Both the position numbers and the translations under genes were made by a program. Positions 18,898 through 27,480 of a DNA stretch of 64,000 nucleotides are shown here, piece after piece. Within the stretch, counting starts at the first letter, position 1. The number at the start of each line of letters is the position of its first letter. The DNA is from Candidatus Rokuibacteriota bacterium. GTDB taxonomy: Bacteria; Methylomirabilota; Methylomirabilia; Rokubacteriales; CSP1-6. The stretch is taken from assembly GCA_003221515.1 (NCBI GenBank), contig QHSI01000015.1, positions 4,895 to 68,894 on the forward strand. Reading direction: 5' to 3'. The notes beneath the pieces were generated by a model, which made no database searches, was not told where the DNA came from, and saw only the letters and a program-made list of their open reading frames with translations.

Positions 18898-19751
18898 AGC
18901 GATACCGGGACATCGCCGGTGACGGTGGCTCCAACATCGTGGGCCAGGTCGAGGCCCAGCTCGGCAAGCTCCGGCAGCGCCTCGCCTCCGTCGGCGCGGT
19001 CGTCGCCGTGGTCTCCGGCAAGGGCGGCGTGGGCAAGTCGACGCTCGCCGCGAACCTCGCCTGCTGCCTGGCGCTCGACGGCTCCCGCGTGGGCGTCCTC
19101 GACGCGGATCTCAACGGCCCGACGCAGGCCAAGGTGCTGGGGGTCCGCGGCCGGCGGCTGGTCGTGACCGACGAGGGCGTCGAGCCGCCGCGCGGCGCGC
19201 TCGGAGTCAAGGTCATGTCGATGGACCTGCTGCTGGCCGCGGACGCCACGCCCCTCACGTGGGACGCGCCCGTCCAGGACGAGGCCCACACCTGGCGCGG
19301 GACCGTCGAAGCGAACGCGATCCGTGAGTTCCTGGCCGACACGAACTGGGGCACGCTGGACGCGCTCGTCCTCGACCTGCCGCCGGGCACCGACCGGCTT
19401 CTGACGATCGCCTCGCTGGTGCCGACGCTCGGTATCGTCATCGTGACGATCCCGTCCGACGTGTCCCACCTGGTCGTGCGGAAGTCGATCACGGTGGCCG
19501 CGCAGACGAAGTCCCCGGTTCTCGGACTCGTCGAGAACATGGCCGGACTCTTCCCGGGCCCCGACGCGGCGAAGCTCGCCGCGGACGGCGGGATCCCGTA
19601 CCTCGGGAGCGTGCCGTTCGATCGCGAGCTCGCCGTCTCCGCCGATCGGGGAGAGCCGCTGGTCGCCACGGCGCCGGAGCGTGAGTCGGCGCGCGCGCTG
19701 CAGCTCATCGCGCGCGCGATTCGCGCCGCGCTGGCGCCGCGCGCGGTGTGA
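18894..19751 (+). CDS. Mrp/NBP35/ApbC-family P-loop ATPase lacking the CxxC motif
   Basis: SGKGGVGKST, DADLNGP, WRG, DLPPGT, VENM followed directly by AGLFPG. Confidence 0.88.
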   Translation: MKRYRDIAGDGGSNIVGQVEAQLGKLRQRLASVGAVVAVVSGKGGVGKSTLAANLACCLALDGSRVGVLDADLNGPTQAKVLGVRGRRLVVTDEGVEPPRGALGVKVMSMDLLLAADATPLTWDAPVQDEAHTWRGTVEANAIREFLADTNWGTLDALVLDLPPGTDRLLTIASLVPTLGIVIVTIPSDVSHLVVRKSITVAAQTKSPVLGLVENMAGLFPGPDAAKLAADGGIPYLGSVPFDRELAVSADRGEPLVATAPERESARALQLIARAIRAALAPRAV

Positions 19752-19950
19752 GCTACACTCCGCGGTTCTGCCGGTGGTGCGGCCGACGGCTGGCGAGCGT
19801 GCGTGTCGAAGGCCACCGCCGGGAGCGCGAGGGTCCGTCCCCGCGACGACGTGCCCGACGCGCGATGGTTCGATCGGCGTGCGTCCCGCTACGGGAGGTC
19901 GCGTTCCCCTCGATGCGGCGGCTGCTGCGCGACTATCTCGAGAGGCGAAC
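19748..19950 (+). pseudogene. zinc-ribbon NUDIX hydrolase remnant
   Basis: RFCRWCG N-terminus joined to C-terminal pieces DDVPDARWF and LREVAFPSMRRLLRDYL in different frames; Nudix box missing. Confidence 0.6.
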
Positions 19951-19967
19951 GGGTCGAGTCGCCCTGC

Positions 19968-20675
19968 TCAGCGGCAAGCGACTCGCGGATCCGGCGTGTA
20001 CCCGGCGACCTTGTAGGTCAGCACGAAGTCGTCGGCCCAGGCCTTGGGCTTCATGGCGCCGAGCTTGGCATCACCGTCCCAGGCCAGGACGTGGGCGCCG
20101 CCCGCCAGTTGTCCGATGTTGGCACGGCCGCGCAGGTAATCGACGGCCAGCGCCTTCGGAACGAACGTGGCGGCCGTCTCGAAGACCGGCGGCTGCCCGG
20201 CCGGCGGCTCGATCTTCAGCCAGCTCACGATCACCGTGAACCCGTCGACCGTCGGCTCGTTCATCAGGTCGTCCGTCGCCATCGACCGAAGCAGGTGCGG
20301 CACGTAGCGGGAGAACATCGAGGACACCCGGTCCTGCACCGCCAGCCGCGAGAACTCAGGGCTCGGATGCTGGTCGACCACCACGTTGAGCGAGAGGTAG
20401 CGAGTATCGCCGTCCAGGTGCTTGGGCTTGTAGAAGCCGATACCCTCTGTCTTCACGTCGATCCAGGGCATGCAGTGATAGACCTTCGCGTTGAGGCTCT
20501 TGAGGGTCCCTTGATACCGCTGGCCGAGCATCTTTCCCCGGTCGGAGGTATATCGGTCGATCTCGAGGACCCGATCGGCCGGCGGCTCGGCGGCCGCCGC
20601 GCCGCCGGCGCCGAGCATGAGCACCGCCGCGACCACGAGACCCGGGAACGCTCGCCCGCGAGTGTTAGTTTTCAT
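19968..20675 (-). CDS. hypothetical exported protein
   Basis: Signal peptide, typical codon usage, start uncertain. Confidence 0.7.
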   Translation of the reverse strand: MKTNTRGRAFPGLVVAAVLMLGAGGAAAAEPPADRVLEIDRYTSDRGKMLGQRYQGTLKSLNAKVYHCMPWIDVKTEGIGFYKPKHLDGDTRYLSLNVVVDQHPSPEFSRLAVQDRVSSMFSRYVPHLLRSMATDDLMNEPTVDGFTVIVSWLKIEPPAGQPPVFETAATFVPKALAVDYLRGRANIGQLAGGAHVLAWDGDAKLGAMKPKAWADDFVLTYKVAGYTPDPRVACR

Positions 20676-20824
20676 GCCGGATTGACTCAGCATGCGCCGT
20701 GCCAACGACATCCCCTATAGATCACCGAGACTCAGCCTGCCTGCAGGCCGCCCGACAGGGTCAAACTGACGTGGCGTGACATCCGGATCGACACTCCACG
20801 GCACCTCGATTCGACGAGAGTCGA

Positions 20825-20969
20825 CTACCGCTCGAGGATCTGCTCCTGGCTCACTGTGACCGGCCGCCCGAACCAGTTCTGCTGGCGCGCCAGCGCGATG
20901 TCTTCGCGCGTCACCGTCGCGGCCTTGCCCTCGCGGTTCTTCATGTAAACGCCAGTGTTTCCGCTGCAT
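20825..20969 (-). pseudogene. broken small gene: N-terminus MQRKHWR joined out of frame to C-terminus ..MKNREGK..QEQILER
   Basis: Promoter TTGACC-17-TAGCAT and SD GGAGG precede ATG 20969; the coding-like frame switches near 20945. Confidence 0.4.
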
Positions 20970-21080
20970 GACAGGCCTCCCGGAAAATCGCGATGGCCCA
21001 TGCTACAGTCGGGCAGGAGGTTGGTCAACGGCCGTTCGTGCTAGACTCGCTCATATAGCGTCGAGGAGACTGACCGCCGA

Positions 21081-21968
21081 ATGGACGTCCTGACAATCCA
21101 ATCACGTCCCGAGGGTCTTCGCCGACCGATCTTGATCATGGCATTCGGTGGCTGGAACGACGCCGCCGAGTCGGCGACGACGGCCGCGCGATACCTCGCG
21201 ACGTCGTTCCGCGCCGACAAGTTCGCCGAGATCGATCCCGAGGAGTTCTACCACTTCGGGCTCTCGCGCCCCAACGTCCGCTTCAAACCGGGGTCCGAGA
21301 CTGAGCGCGAGATCATCTGGCCGGTGACCGAATTCTCGGTCACGCAGTCGTCGGACCTCGCGCGCGACCTCATCGTCGGCGTCGCCATCGAGCCTCACCT
21401 TCGTTGGAAGACGTACTGCCAGGCAGTCGTCGACTTGGCTCGTCGCTGCGAGGTGGCGCTGGTCCTCACGCTGGGCGCCCTCCTCGCGGAGGTGCCGCAC
21501 ACCCGACCGGTTCGCCTCGCCGGCAGCGCCTCAGATCCGGAGCTCGCGGTCCGTCTCGGCGTCCGCCCCTCACGGTACGAGGGTCCGACCGGAATCGTCG
21601 GCGTCCTCAACACGATCTGCCGCGAGCAGGGGTTCGCCACGGCGAGCCTGTGGGCCAACGTCCCGCACTACATCTCGGGCATCGAGAACCCCAAGGCGAC
21701 GCTGGCGCTCGTCCGACGGGTGCTTCCGCTCTTCGGCGCCACCCTCGACGTCAGCGACCTCGAGGAGGCCGGCAAGCAGTTCGACTCCAATTTGAAAGAG
21801 ATCGTCGCCCAGAACGCGAAGATCGCCAACTACATCAAGAAGCTGGAGTCGCGCGACGTCGAAGAGCCCGCGCCCGCCGGGCCAGTCGGCCAGAGCGACC
21901 TACCACCGGCTTCGGAGCTCGTCGCCGAGATCGAACAGTTCCTCCGCCAGCAGCGCCCGGCGGAGTGA
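21081..21968 (+). CDS. PAC2 (proteasome assembly chaperone 2) family protein
   Basis: AFGGWNDAAESAT, IDPEEFY, EPHLRW, LGALLAEVPHTRP, YEGPTGI, LWANVPHY. Confidence 0.9.
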   Translation: MDVLTIQSRPEGLRRPILIMAFGGWNDAAESATTAARYLATSFRADKFAEIDPEEFYHFGLSRPNVRFKPGSETEREIIWPVTEFSVTQSSDLARDLIVGVAIEPHLRWKTYCQAVVDLARRCEVALVLTLGALLAEVPHTRPVRLAGSASDPELAVRLGVRPSRYEGPTGIVGVLNTICREQGFATASLWANVPHYISGIENPKATLALVRRVLPLFGATLDVSDLEEAGKQFDSNLKEIVAQNAKIANYIKKLESRDVEEPAPAGPVGQSDLPPASELVAEIEQFLRQQRPAE

Positions 21969-22837
21969 GCGAAGGCCGGGCCGGCGCCGTCGCTCTCGCC
22001 CTCGTTCTTCTCACAAGTTCCCCGACCTTCGCCGATCCGGCCAGCGTCACCTGGCATCCGGCCAAGCCCCGGACCGGCGACGTGGCCTGGGTTCACGTCA
22101 AGAACGTCACCGAGGCGGCGACCGTGGAGGGCTCCGTGGACGGCCGCCCCCTCACGTTCTTCCCCTACGGCGGTGGGCACGCGGCGCTGTTCGGTATCGA
22201 CCTCGACGCGAAGCCCGGCCGCTACGCGTGGCGAGTCGGGGTGGTCGAGAAGGGGCAAGAGCCCCAGACCGCGCAGGGGGCTCTGAGGGTCCAGCGGCGG
22301 GAGTTTTCCGTCGAGCGCCTGAGCTTGCCGAAGGGCATGGTGGACCTCGACCCCGAGACCGAGCGGCGCGCCAACGACGAGAGCAAGCGCCTGGCGACGG
22401 TCTATCGGCTGATCACCCCGGAGCGGCTCTGGCGAGGAAAGTTCACGAAGCCGGTGGGAATGGCGGGAGAGGGCACCGGCTTCGGCGCTCGCCGGGTCAT
22501 CAACGGCCAGCCGCGCTCACCTCACGGCGGCTCTGACTACTCGGCGCCGCGCGGAACGCCCGTTGTGGCCGCCAACGGCGGTCGAGTCGCCCTCGTAGCC
22601 GACTTCTTCTTCCCGGGCCGGCTGGTCATCGTCGACCACGGCCTGGGTCTCTACACCCTCTACTTCCACCTGGACACGATCGTGGTCGCCGAGGCGCAGC
22701 GCGTAGAGCGCGGCCAACCGCTCGGGACAGTAGGGGCGACGGGCCGAGCCACCGGCCCCCACCTTCACTTCGGAGCCCAGATGCGGGCGGCGCGGGTGGA
22801 CCCGGCGACCCTCCTGGGCCTGGGGTTGCTCGACTAG
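21965..22837 (+). CDS. M23 family metallopeptidase
   Basis: HGGSD (HxxxD), YFHL, GPHLH; signal peptide. Confidence 0.9.
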   Translation: MSEGRAGAVALALVLLTSSPTFADPASVTWHPAKPRTGDVAWVHVKNVTEAATVEGSVDGRPLTFFPYGGGHAALFGIDLDAKPGRYAWRVGVVEKGQEPQTAQGALRVQRREFSVERLSLPKGMVDLDPETERRANDESKRLATVYRLITPERLWRGKFTKPVGMAGEGTGFGARRVINGQPRSPHGGSDYSAPRGTPVVAANGGRVALVADFFFPGRLVIVDHGLGLYTLYFHLDTIVVAEAQRVERGQPLGTVGATGRATGPHLHFGAQMRAARVDPATLLGLGLLD

Positions 22838-23070
22838 CGGCGGCGTCGCGCCTTCGCTTTCTTCTTCTTGCCCGGCGCCTTGCCCTTGGCCTTGGCCTTG
22901 GCTTTGGCCTTCGGTTTGGCCTTCTTCCGAGCCTTCGGCTTGGGCTTCGATGCCTTCGGCGCAGGCTTGGCCGCGGGCTTCGGAGGTGCAGCCGGCGCCG
23001 CCGGGATCGGCGGTGCCATGGGAGCGGGGGTCGGCGTCCAGGGCTCGGGCTCACCGAACATACGTTCCAT
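22834..23070 (-). CDS. small Lys/Ala/Pro-rich basic protein (histone H1-like)
   Basis: SD GGAGGAG before ATG 23070; KPKAKAKAKAKGKAPGKKKKAKARRRR. Confidence 0.7.
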   Translation of the reverse strand: MERMFGEPEPWTPTPAPMAPPIPAAPAAPPKPAAKPAPKASKPKPKARKKAKPKAKAKAKAKGKAPGKKKKAKARRRR

Positions 23071-23214
23071 CGTCTCCTCCATTTTCCATAGTCGCGCCTC
23101 GGCCGGCAGGGACCCAGCCCCGCGACGGCCTGTTGCGCGCACCACGTGCGGGCGGTCGGTCGGCTCGTGCTTGAATTACCCTGCGGTCGAACGCCTCACC
23201 AGCGCAAGAAGAAA

Positions 23215-24234
23215 TTAGACGGCGATCCGCGCGCGCACGCGCGCGGCCTGGGCGGTGAGCGCGCGGTTGGAGAACGCCGTGAGTGCCGACTGCGCCAGCA
23301 GGGCGCGCACGGCCCCGCGCGAGATCTTGATGGGCGCGCCGGCGCCGAGCGGATTCGGATGCGCGGCGAGCTCGGCGAGCGTGGCGAGCCCGATCAGCAG
23401 CGGCCACGCGCACGCCAGGCGCATGCGCCACTCGAGCTTGGGGATCGCGAGCGTGTAGCTCCATGCGACGTCGTAGTGTTCGAGCGCCAGCCCGAGCAGG
23501 CGGCGATAGAGCGGCCGAGCGCGGCCGGCGCCCGTCGGCGCCAGCAGGTCGCGGGGGCCGAGACCCAGCGCCGCGAGCTCGCGGGCCGGGAGATAGCAGC
23601 GGCCGTGCGCGAGGTCGCCGGGGACGTCGCGCAAGACGTTAGTGAGCTGCAGCGCCTTGCCGAAGCTCACGCCCTGCTCGCTCATCTCGCGCAGCGCCCA
23701 GTCGCCGAGGCGGGGCCGATGCGCGACGTGGAGCACCGTCCAGAACGGGCCAACGCATCCGGCCACGAGATAGATGTAGTGGTCGAGCTCCTCGAGCGTC
23801 TCGATGGCCGCCAGTTCCGCGGCGTCCTCACCCGGGAAGCGCGTGAGGTCGAAGATCATCCCCGACATCAGCGTCGCCAGGACCGCTCGCACCTCGTGCT
23901 GGTCGGACGGCGGGAGCGCCGCGACGCGCACGAGCGCTTCCGGTACGCGCTCGAGCAGGCGGCGCTCGGGGGCGGACGGTTGCTGCGGCGCGCAGGCGCG
24001 GGCCAGCGCGCCGACGTCGGCCGGCTCGCCGGCGCACGACTGCCGCAACGTCTCGAGGTGGCCGAGCCGCTCGGCGCGAACGACGAGCCGCGTGTCGGCG
24101 ATCGTGTCGGCCGCGCGCGCCAGCAGGTACGCGAGCCCGATCGGCTCGCGCAGCCCGCTCGGGAGGACCGCGAGCGAGAGATAGAAGCTTCGGCTGACCT
24201 GCCGCAGGAGGTCGCCCAGCAGGTCCGAGGGCAT
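23215..24234 (-). CDS. squalene/phytoene synthase family protein
   Basis: VSRSF, RAADTIAD, YIYLVAGCVG, LQLTNVLRDVPGD, RCYLP. Confidence 0.9.
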   Translation of the reverse strand: MPSDLLGDLLRQVSRSFYLSLAVLPSGLREPIGLAYLLARAADTIADTRLVVRAERLGHLETLRQSCAGEPADVGALARACAPQQPSAPERRLLERVPEALVRVAALPPSDQHEVRAVLATLMSGMIFDLTRFPGEDAAELAAIETLEELDHYIYLVAGCVGPFWTVLHVAHRPRLGDWALREMSEQGVSFGKALQLTNVLRDVPGDLAHGRCYLPARELAALGLGPRDLLAPTGAGRARPLYRRLLGLALEHYDVAWSYTLAIPKLEWRMRLACAWPLLIGLATLAELAAHPNPLGAGAPIKISRGAVRALLAQSALTAFSNRALTAQAARVRARIAV

Positions 24235-24235
24235 G

Positions 24236-24532
24236 TTACTCGTAGTCGAACGGTCGCTTCGGCGGGTCGGGCGAGTCCTTGGCCTTCTTCAGACCTTCCT
24301 GGAATTTGCGGTCGCGCAGCTTGCCCTTGTCGCCTTCGGCGCGGAGCTGCTCCTTGAAGCGCTCCTCGCGCTCGGCCGACCTCGACCGGAGCTTGTCGAA
24401 GGCCGCACCCAGGTCGTCGACGGAGCGGGTCGGCGGCGGCGCTTCGTGCGCGATCACCGCGCGCAGCTCCGGGTCCAGCGTCAGCTTCGCCTTGCAGCAG
24501 GGGCACTCGACCGTGAACGACGGCTCGGCCAT
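24236..24532 (-). CDS. hypothetical protein (CPCC motif + coiled coil)
   Basis: VECPCCKAKL and charged helix; promoter TTGACG-18-TAGCTT ends 6 nt before ATG. Confidence 0.75.
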   Translation of the reverse strand: MAEPSFTVECPCCKAKLTLDPELRAVIAHEAPPPTRSVDDLGAAFDKLRSRSAEREERFKEQLRAEGDKGKLRDRKFQEGLKKAKDSPDPPKRPFDYE

Positions 24533-24570
24533 GCCGTCAAGCTAGCAGCGCACCCCGGAGAGCGTCAAGG

Positions 24571-25413
24571 TACTTCTATCATTACTATGGCGCGTGGGGC
24601 GGCTGGGACGCGGCGGCGCCCGAAGACATCCGGCGCCTCTACGTCCTCAAGCAGCTCGCGTCACGTCAGCAGTGGGCGGGACGGGTCGTGCACGACGCGA
24701 TCGAGATGGCCTTCCACGTCTTCGTGGGCGGCCGCGACCTTCCGGTCGAGCCGTTCATCGCCGACGTCATCGAGCGGATGCGGGGTGACTGGCGCTCGTC
24801 CAAGGCCGGGCGCTACCGGGAGAGCCCCAAGACGGCGGCGCTGTTCGAGCACGAGTACGCCGTCGACCTGAAGCCCGAGGTGTGGCAGGCGATCTCGCGC
24901 AACGTCGCGACCTGCCTGCGCAACTTCTTCCGTCTCCCGCTGTTGACGGCGATCCGCAAGACGTCGGCGGATCACTGGTCGATCGAGCACTGGTCCAAGG
25001 TCTTCGAGTTCGAGGGCACGGCGGTGTGGGTCGCCCCCGACTTTGGATTTTGGACCGAGGAGGGACGGCTGGCGCTGGTGGACTGGAAGACCGGCGGCGC
25101 CAACCCGGACGGCGCCGCCTTCCAGCTGGGCTGCTACGCGCTCTACGCCGCCGAGGTGCTGGGGGTCGCGCCGTCGAAGGTCGATCTCTACGAGGCGAAC
25201 CTGCGCGAGCCCGAGGTGACGCAGGTCCAGTGGAACGACGAGCGCCTCGATGCCATCAAGGAGCAGGTGCGGCTGTCGATCCGCTCCATGAAGGCGTACC
25301 TCGTCGACCCGGCGGCCAACGCCGCGACGATCGCCGACTTCGAGAAGACCGAGGAGCTTCGCATCTGCCGCTGGTGCAATTTCCGGGTGGTGTGCCGCCC
25401 GGAGCTTACGTGA
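24571..25413 (+). pseudogene. PD-(D/E)xK (RecB/AddB-like) nuclease, 5'-truncated
   Basis: In-frame YFYHYYGAWGGW upstream of GTG 24688 with no start codon; APD, VDWKTG, QLGCY, C-terminal CRWC..C. Confidence 0.75.
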
Positions 25414-25498
25414 TCGGGGGGGAGTCGAGAGGGGGGGGGAGCCAACGCGTTCCGCGTGTTCGCGGGGGAGTCGAGAGGGGGGCGGAGCCCCCTTCTCC
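25414..25498. repeat. intergenic REP-like element with two GGGGAGTCGAGAGGGGGG units and a hairpin
   Basis: Direct repeat units at about 25419 and 25465; GGGGGC-GGA-GCCCCC stem. Confidence 0.65.
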
Positions 25499-25512
25499 AA
25501 AAGGAGAGCGAC

Positions 25513-26304
25513 GTGAGAGAGAACACGCTGAGGGCGATCTGGGCGCGGGGCGAGGCGGTCGTGAACGGCTGGCTGTCGATCCCGAGCTCGTTTTCCGCCG
25601 AGATCATGGCGCACCAGGGATTCGATTCGCTCACCGTGGACATGCAGCACGGCGTGATCGACTACCAGACCGCGGTGACGATGCTGCAGGCCATCTCGAC
25701 GACGCCGGTCATCCCGCTGGCCCGCGTGCCGTGGAACGATCCGGCGCAGCTGATGAAGATCCTCGACGCCGGCGTCTACGGCGTCATCTGCCCGATGATC
25801 AACACGCGGGCTCAGGCCGAGACGCTCGTCGCCGCGTGCAAATACGCGCCGCGCGGGTATCGCAGCTGGGGCCCGGTGCGCGCGTCGATCTACGCCGGTA
25901 CCGACTACGGCGACCACGCCAACGACGACCTGATCGTGATGCCGATGATCGAGACCGCGGAGGCCGTGAAGAACATCGACGACATCCTCAAGGTGCCGGG
26001 GATCGACGGCGTGTACGTCGGCCCGTCGGACCTCAGCCTGACGCTCGGCTGCAAGCCGCGCCTTGACCAGACCGACCCGCCGGTGGTGGAGGCGCAGCTG
26101 AAGATCGTCGAGGCGTGCAAGCGCCACGGCGTCGCGGCCGGCATCCACAACGGGACCGCGGCTTACGCGCTGAAGATGATCGAGGCGGGCTACCAGTTCG
26201 TCACGCTCGCGAGCGAGAGCCGGTTCATGGCGGCCAAGGCGGCCGAGGAGGTCGCGGCGGTGCGCAAGACCGGCGTGAAGGCCGGCAAGCTGCCCGCGTA
26301 CTAG
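25513..26304 (+). CDS. HpcH/HpaI class II aldolase
   Basis: VDMQHG, RVPWND, MIET, VGPSDL; SD AAGGAG. Confidence 0.92.
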   Translation: MRENTLRAIWARGEAVVNGWLSIPSSFSAEIMAHQGFDSLTVDMQHGVIDYQTAVTMLQAISTTPVIPLARVPWNDPAQLMKILDAGVYGVICPMINTRAQAETLVAACKYAPRGYRSWGPVRASIYAGTDYGDHANDDLIVMPMIETAEAVKNIDDILKVPGIDGVYVGPSDLSLTLGCKPRLDQTDPPVVEAQLKIVEACKRHGVAAGIHNGTAAYALKMIEAGYQFVTLASESRFMAAKAAEEVAAVRKTGVKAGKLPAY

Positions 26305-26718
26305 ATGGGCCTCGACGAGGCCCGCGTCCAGAGCTTTCTCGCCACGAGGGACGTCGTCGTGCTGGCGACCGTGCAGGCCACCGGCGCGCCGCTGGCGATG
26401 CCGATGTGGTTCCTGCACGAGCCGGCGGCCCTGACCATGATCAGCGTCGGCGACACGCAGAAGGTCCGCAACATCCGCCGCGACCGGCGCGTGTGCGTGG
26501 TGGCCGAGGCCGTCGGCGCCGGCGGCGAGATCCGCGGCGTGACCGTCCAGGGGCGGGCCGAGCTCCTGGCCGACGGCCCGGAGCGGCGCGCGCTCATCGG
26601 GCGCTTCCACGAGAAGTATCGCGGCCTCGAGCGGCTTTGGGCCGGGAAGGCCATGCCGGCCAACCGGGTGATGTTCCGAATCGTCCCCTCGCGCGTACGC
26701 AGCTGGGGGCTCGGATGA
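26305..26718 (+). CDS. pyridoxamine 5'-phosphate oxidase-like (PPOX) flavin-binding protein
   Basis: LATV..GAP..MPMWF, KVRNIRRDRRV. Confidence 0.8.
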   Translation: MGLDEARVQSFLATRDVVVLATVQATGAPLAMPMWFLHEPAALTMISVGDTQKVRNIRRDRRVCVVAEAVGAGGEIRGVTVQGRAELLADGPERRALIGRFHEKYRGLERLWAGKAMPANRVMFRIVPSRVRSWGLG

Positions 26719-26732
26719 GCGTCCGCTAGCGC

Positions 26733-27365
26733 GTGGCCGCCCACGACGGGACGTTCGGCGAGGGGCTCAAGGCGCGAGTGAAGGCGAACCTCGCCGGGTT
26801 CACCCGGCAAGCGATCGCCCCCGACGGTCGCCGTCCGGCGGCCGTGGCGGCGGTGCTGCTCCCCGACGATGACGGGCGCGCGTGCTTCCTGCTCACCCGG
26901 CGCACCGCGACCCTGCGTGCCCACGCCCGCCAGTGGGCGCTGCCCGGCGGCCGAATCGATGCCGGCGAAAGCTCCGAAGAGGCGGCGCTCCGCGAGCTGC
27001 GAGAGGAGGTCGGCCTGGCGGTGGACGCGTCGGCGGTGCTGGGGCTCCTGGACGACTACGGCACGCGCTCGGGGTTCATCATCACGCCGGTCGTCGTCTG
27101 GGCTGGTGAGCGGATCGAGCTGGCGCCCAATCCGGCCGAAGTCGCGCACGTCTACCGGGTGCCGCTGGCCGACCTCGACAAGCCCGACGTCCCGCGTCTG
27201 ATCTCGATCCCCGAGAGTGATCGCCCGGTGATCCAGGTGCCGCTGCTCTCGTCGCTGATCCACGCGCCGACCGCCGCCGTGCTTTACCAGATGCGCGAGG
27301 TCGTCGTCCACGGCCGGTCCACGCGGGTCGCCCACTTCGAGCAGCCTACCTGGGCCTGGAAGTAA
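26733..27365 (+). CDS. CoA pyrophosphatase (NUDIX, NudL-like)
   Basis: LTRR..LRAH, PGGRIDAGESSEEAALRELREEVG. Confidence 0.9.
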   Translation: MAAHDGTFGEGLKARVKANLAGFTRQAIAPDGRRPAAVAAVLLPDDDGRACFLLTRRTATLRAHARQWALPGGRIDAGESSEEAALRELREEVGLAVDASAVLGLLDDYGTRSGFIITPVVVWAGERIELAPNPAEVAHVYRVPLADLDKPDVPRLISIPESDRPVIQVPLLSSLIHAPTAAVLYQMREVVVHGRSTRVAHFEQPTWAWK

Positions 27366-27480
27366 CCGGCCGTTCAGGATAATCTCGCCAGACGCGGGGC
27401 CGGACCGTGCGACCGGTAGGACACGGTGAGTCGAGCCCCGAGGGAGGTTCGGGCATGCGAAGCCGGCTAGTACAATAACC

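Noticed and set aside
24571-25498. CRISPR-Cas (Cas4-like gene followed by repeats)
   Set aside because: Only two GC-rich units with no repeat-spacer periodicity and no cas1/cas2.
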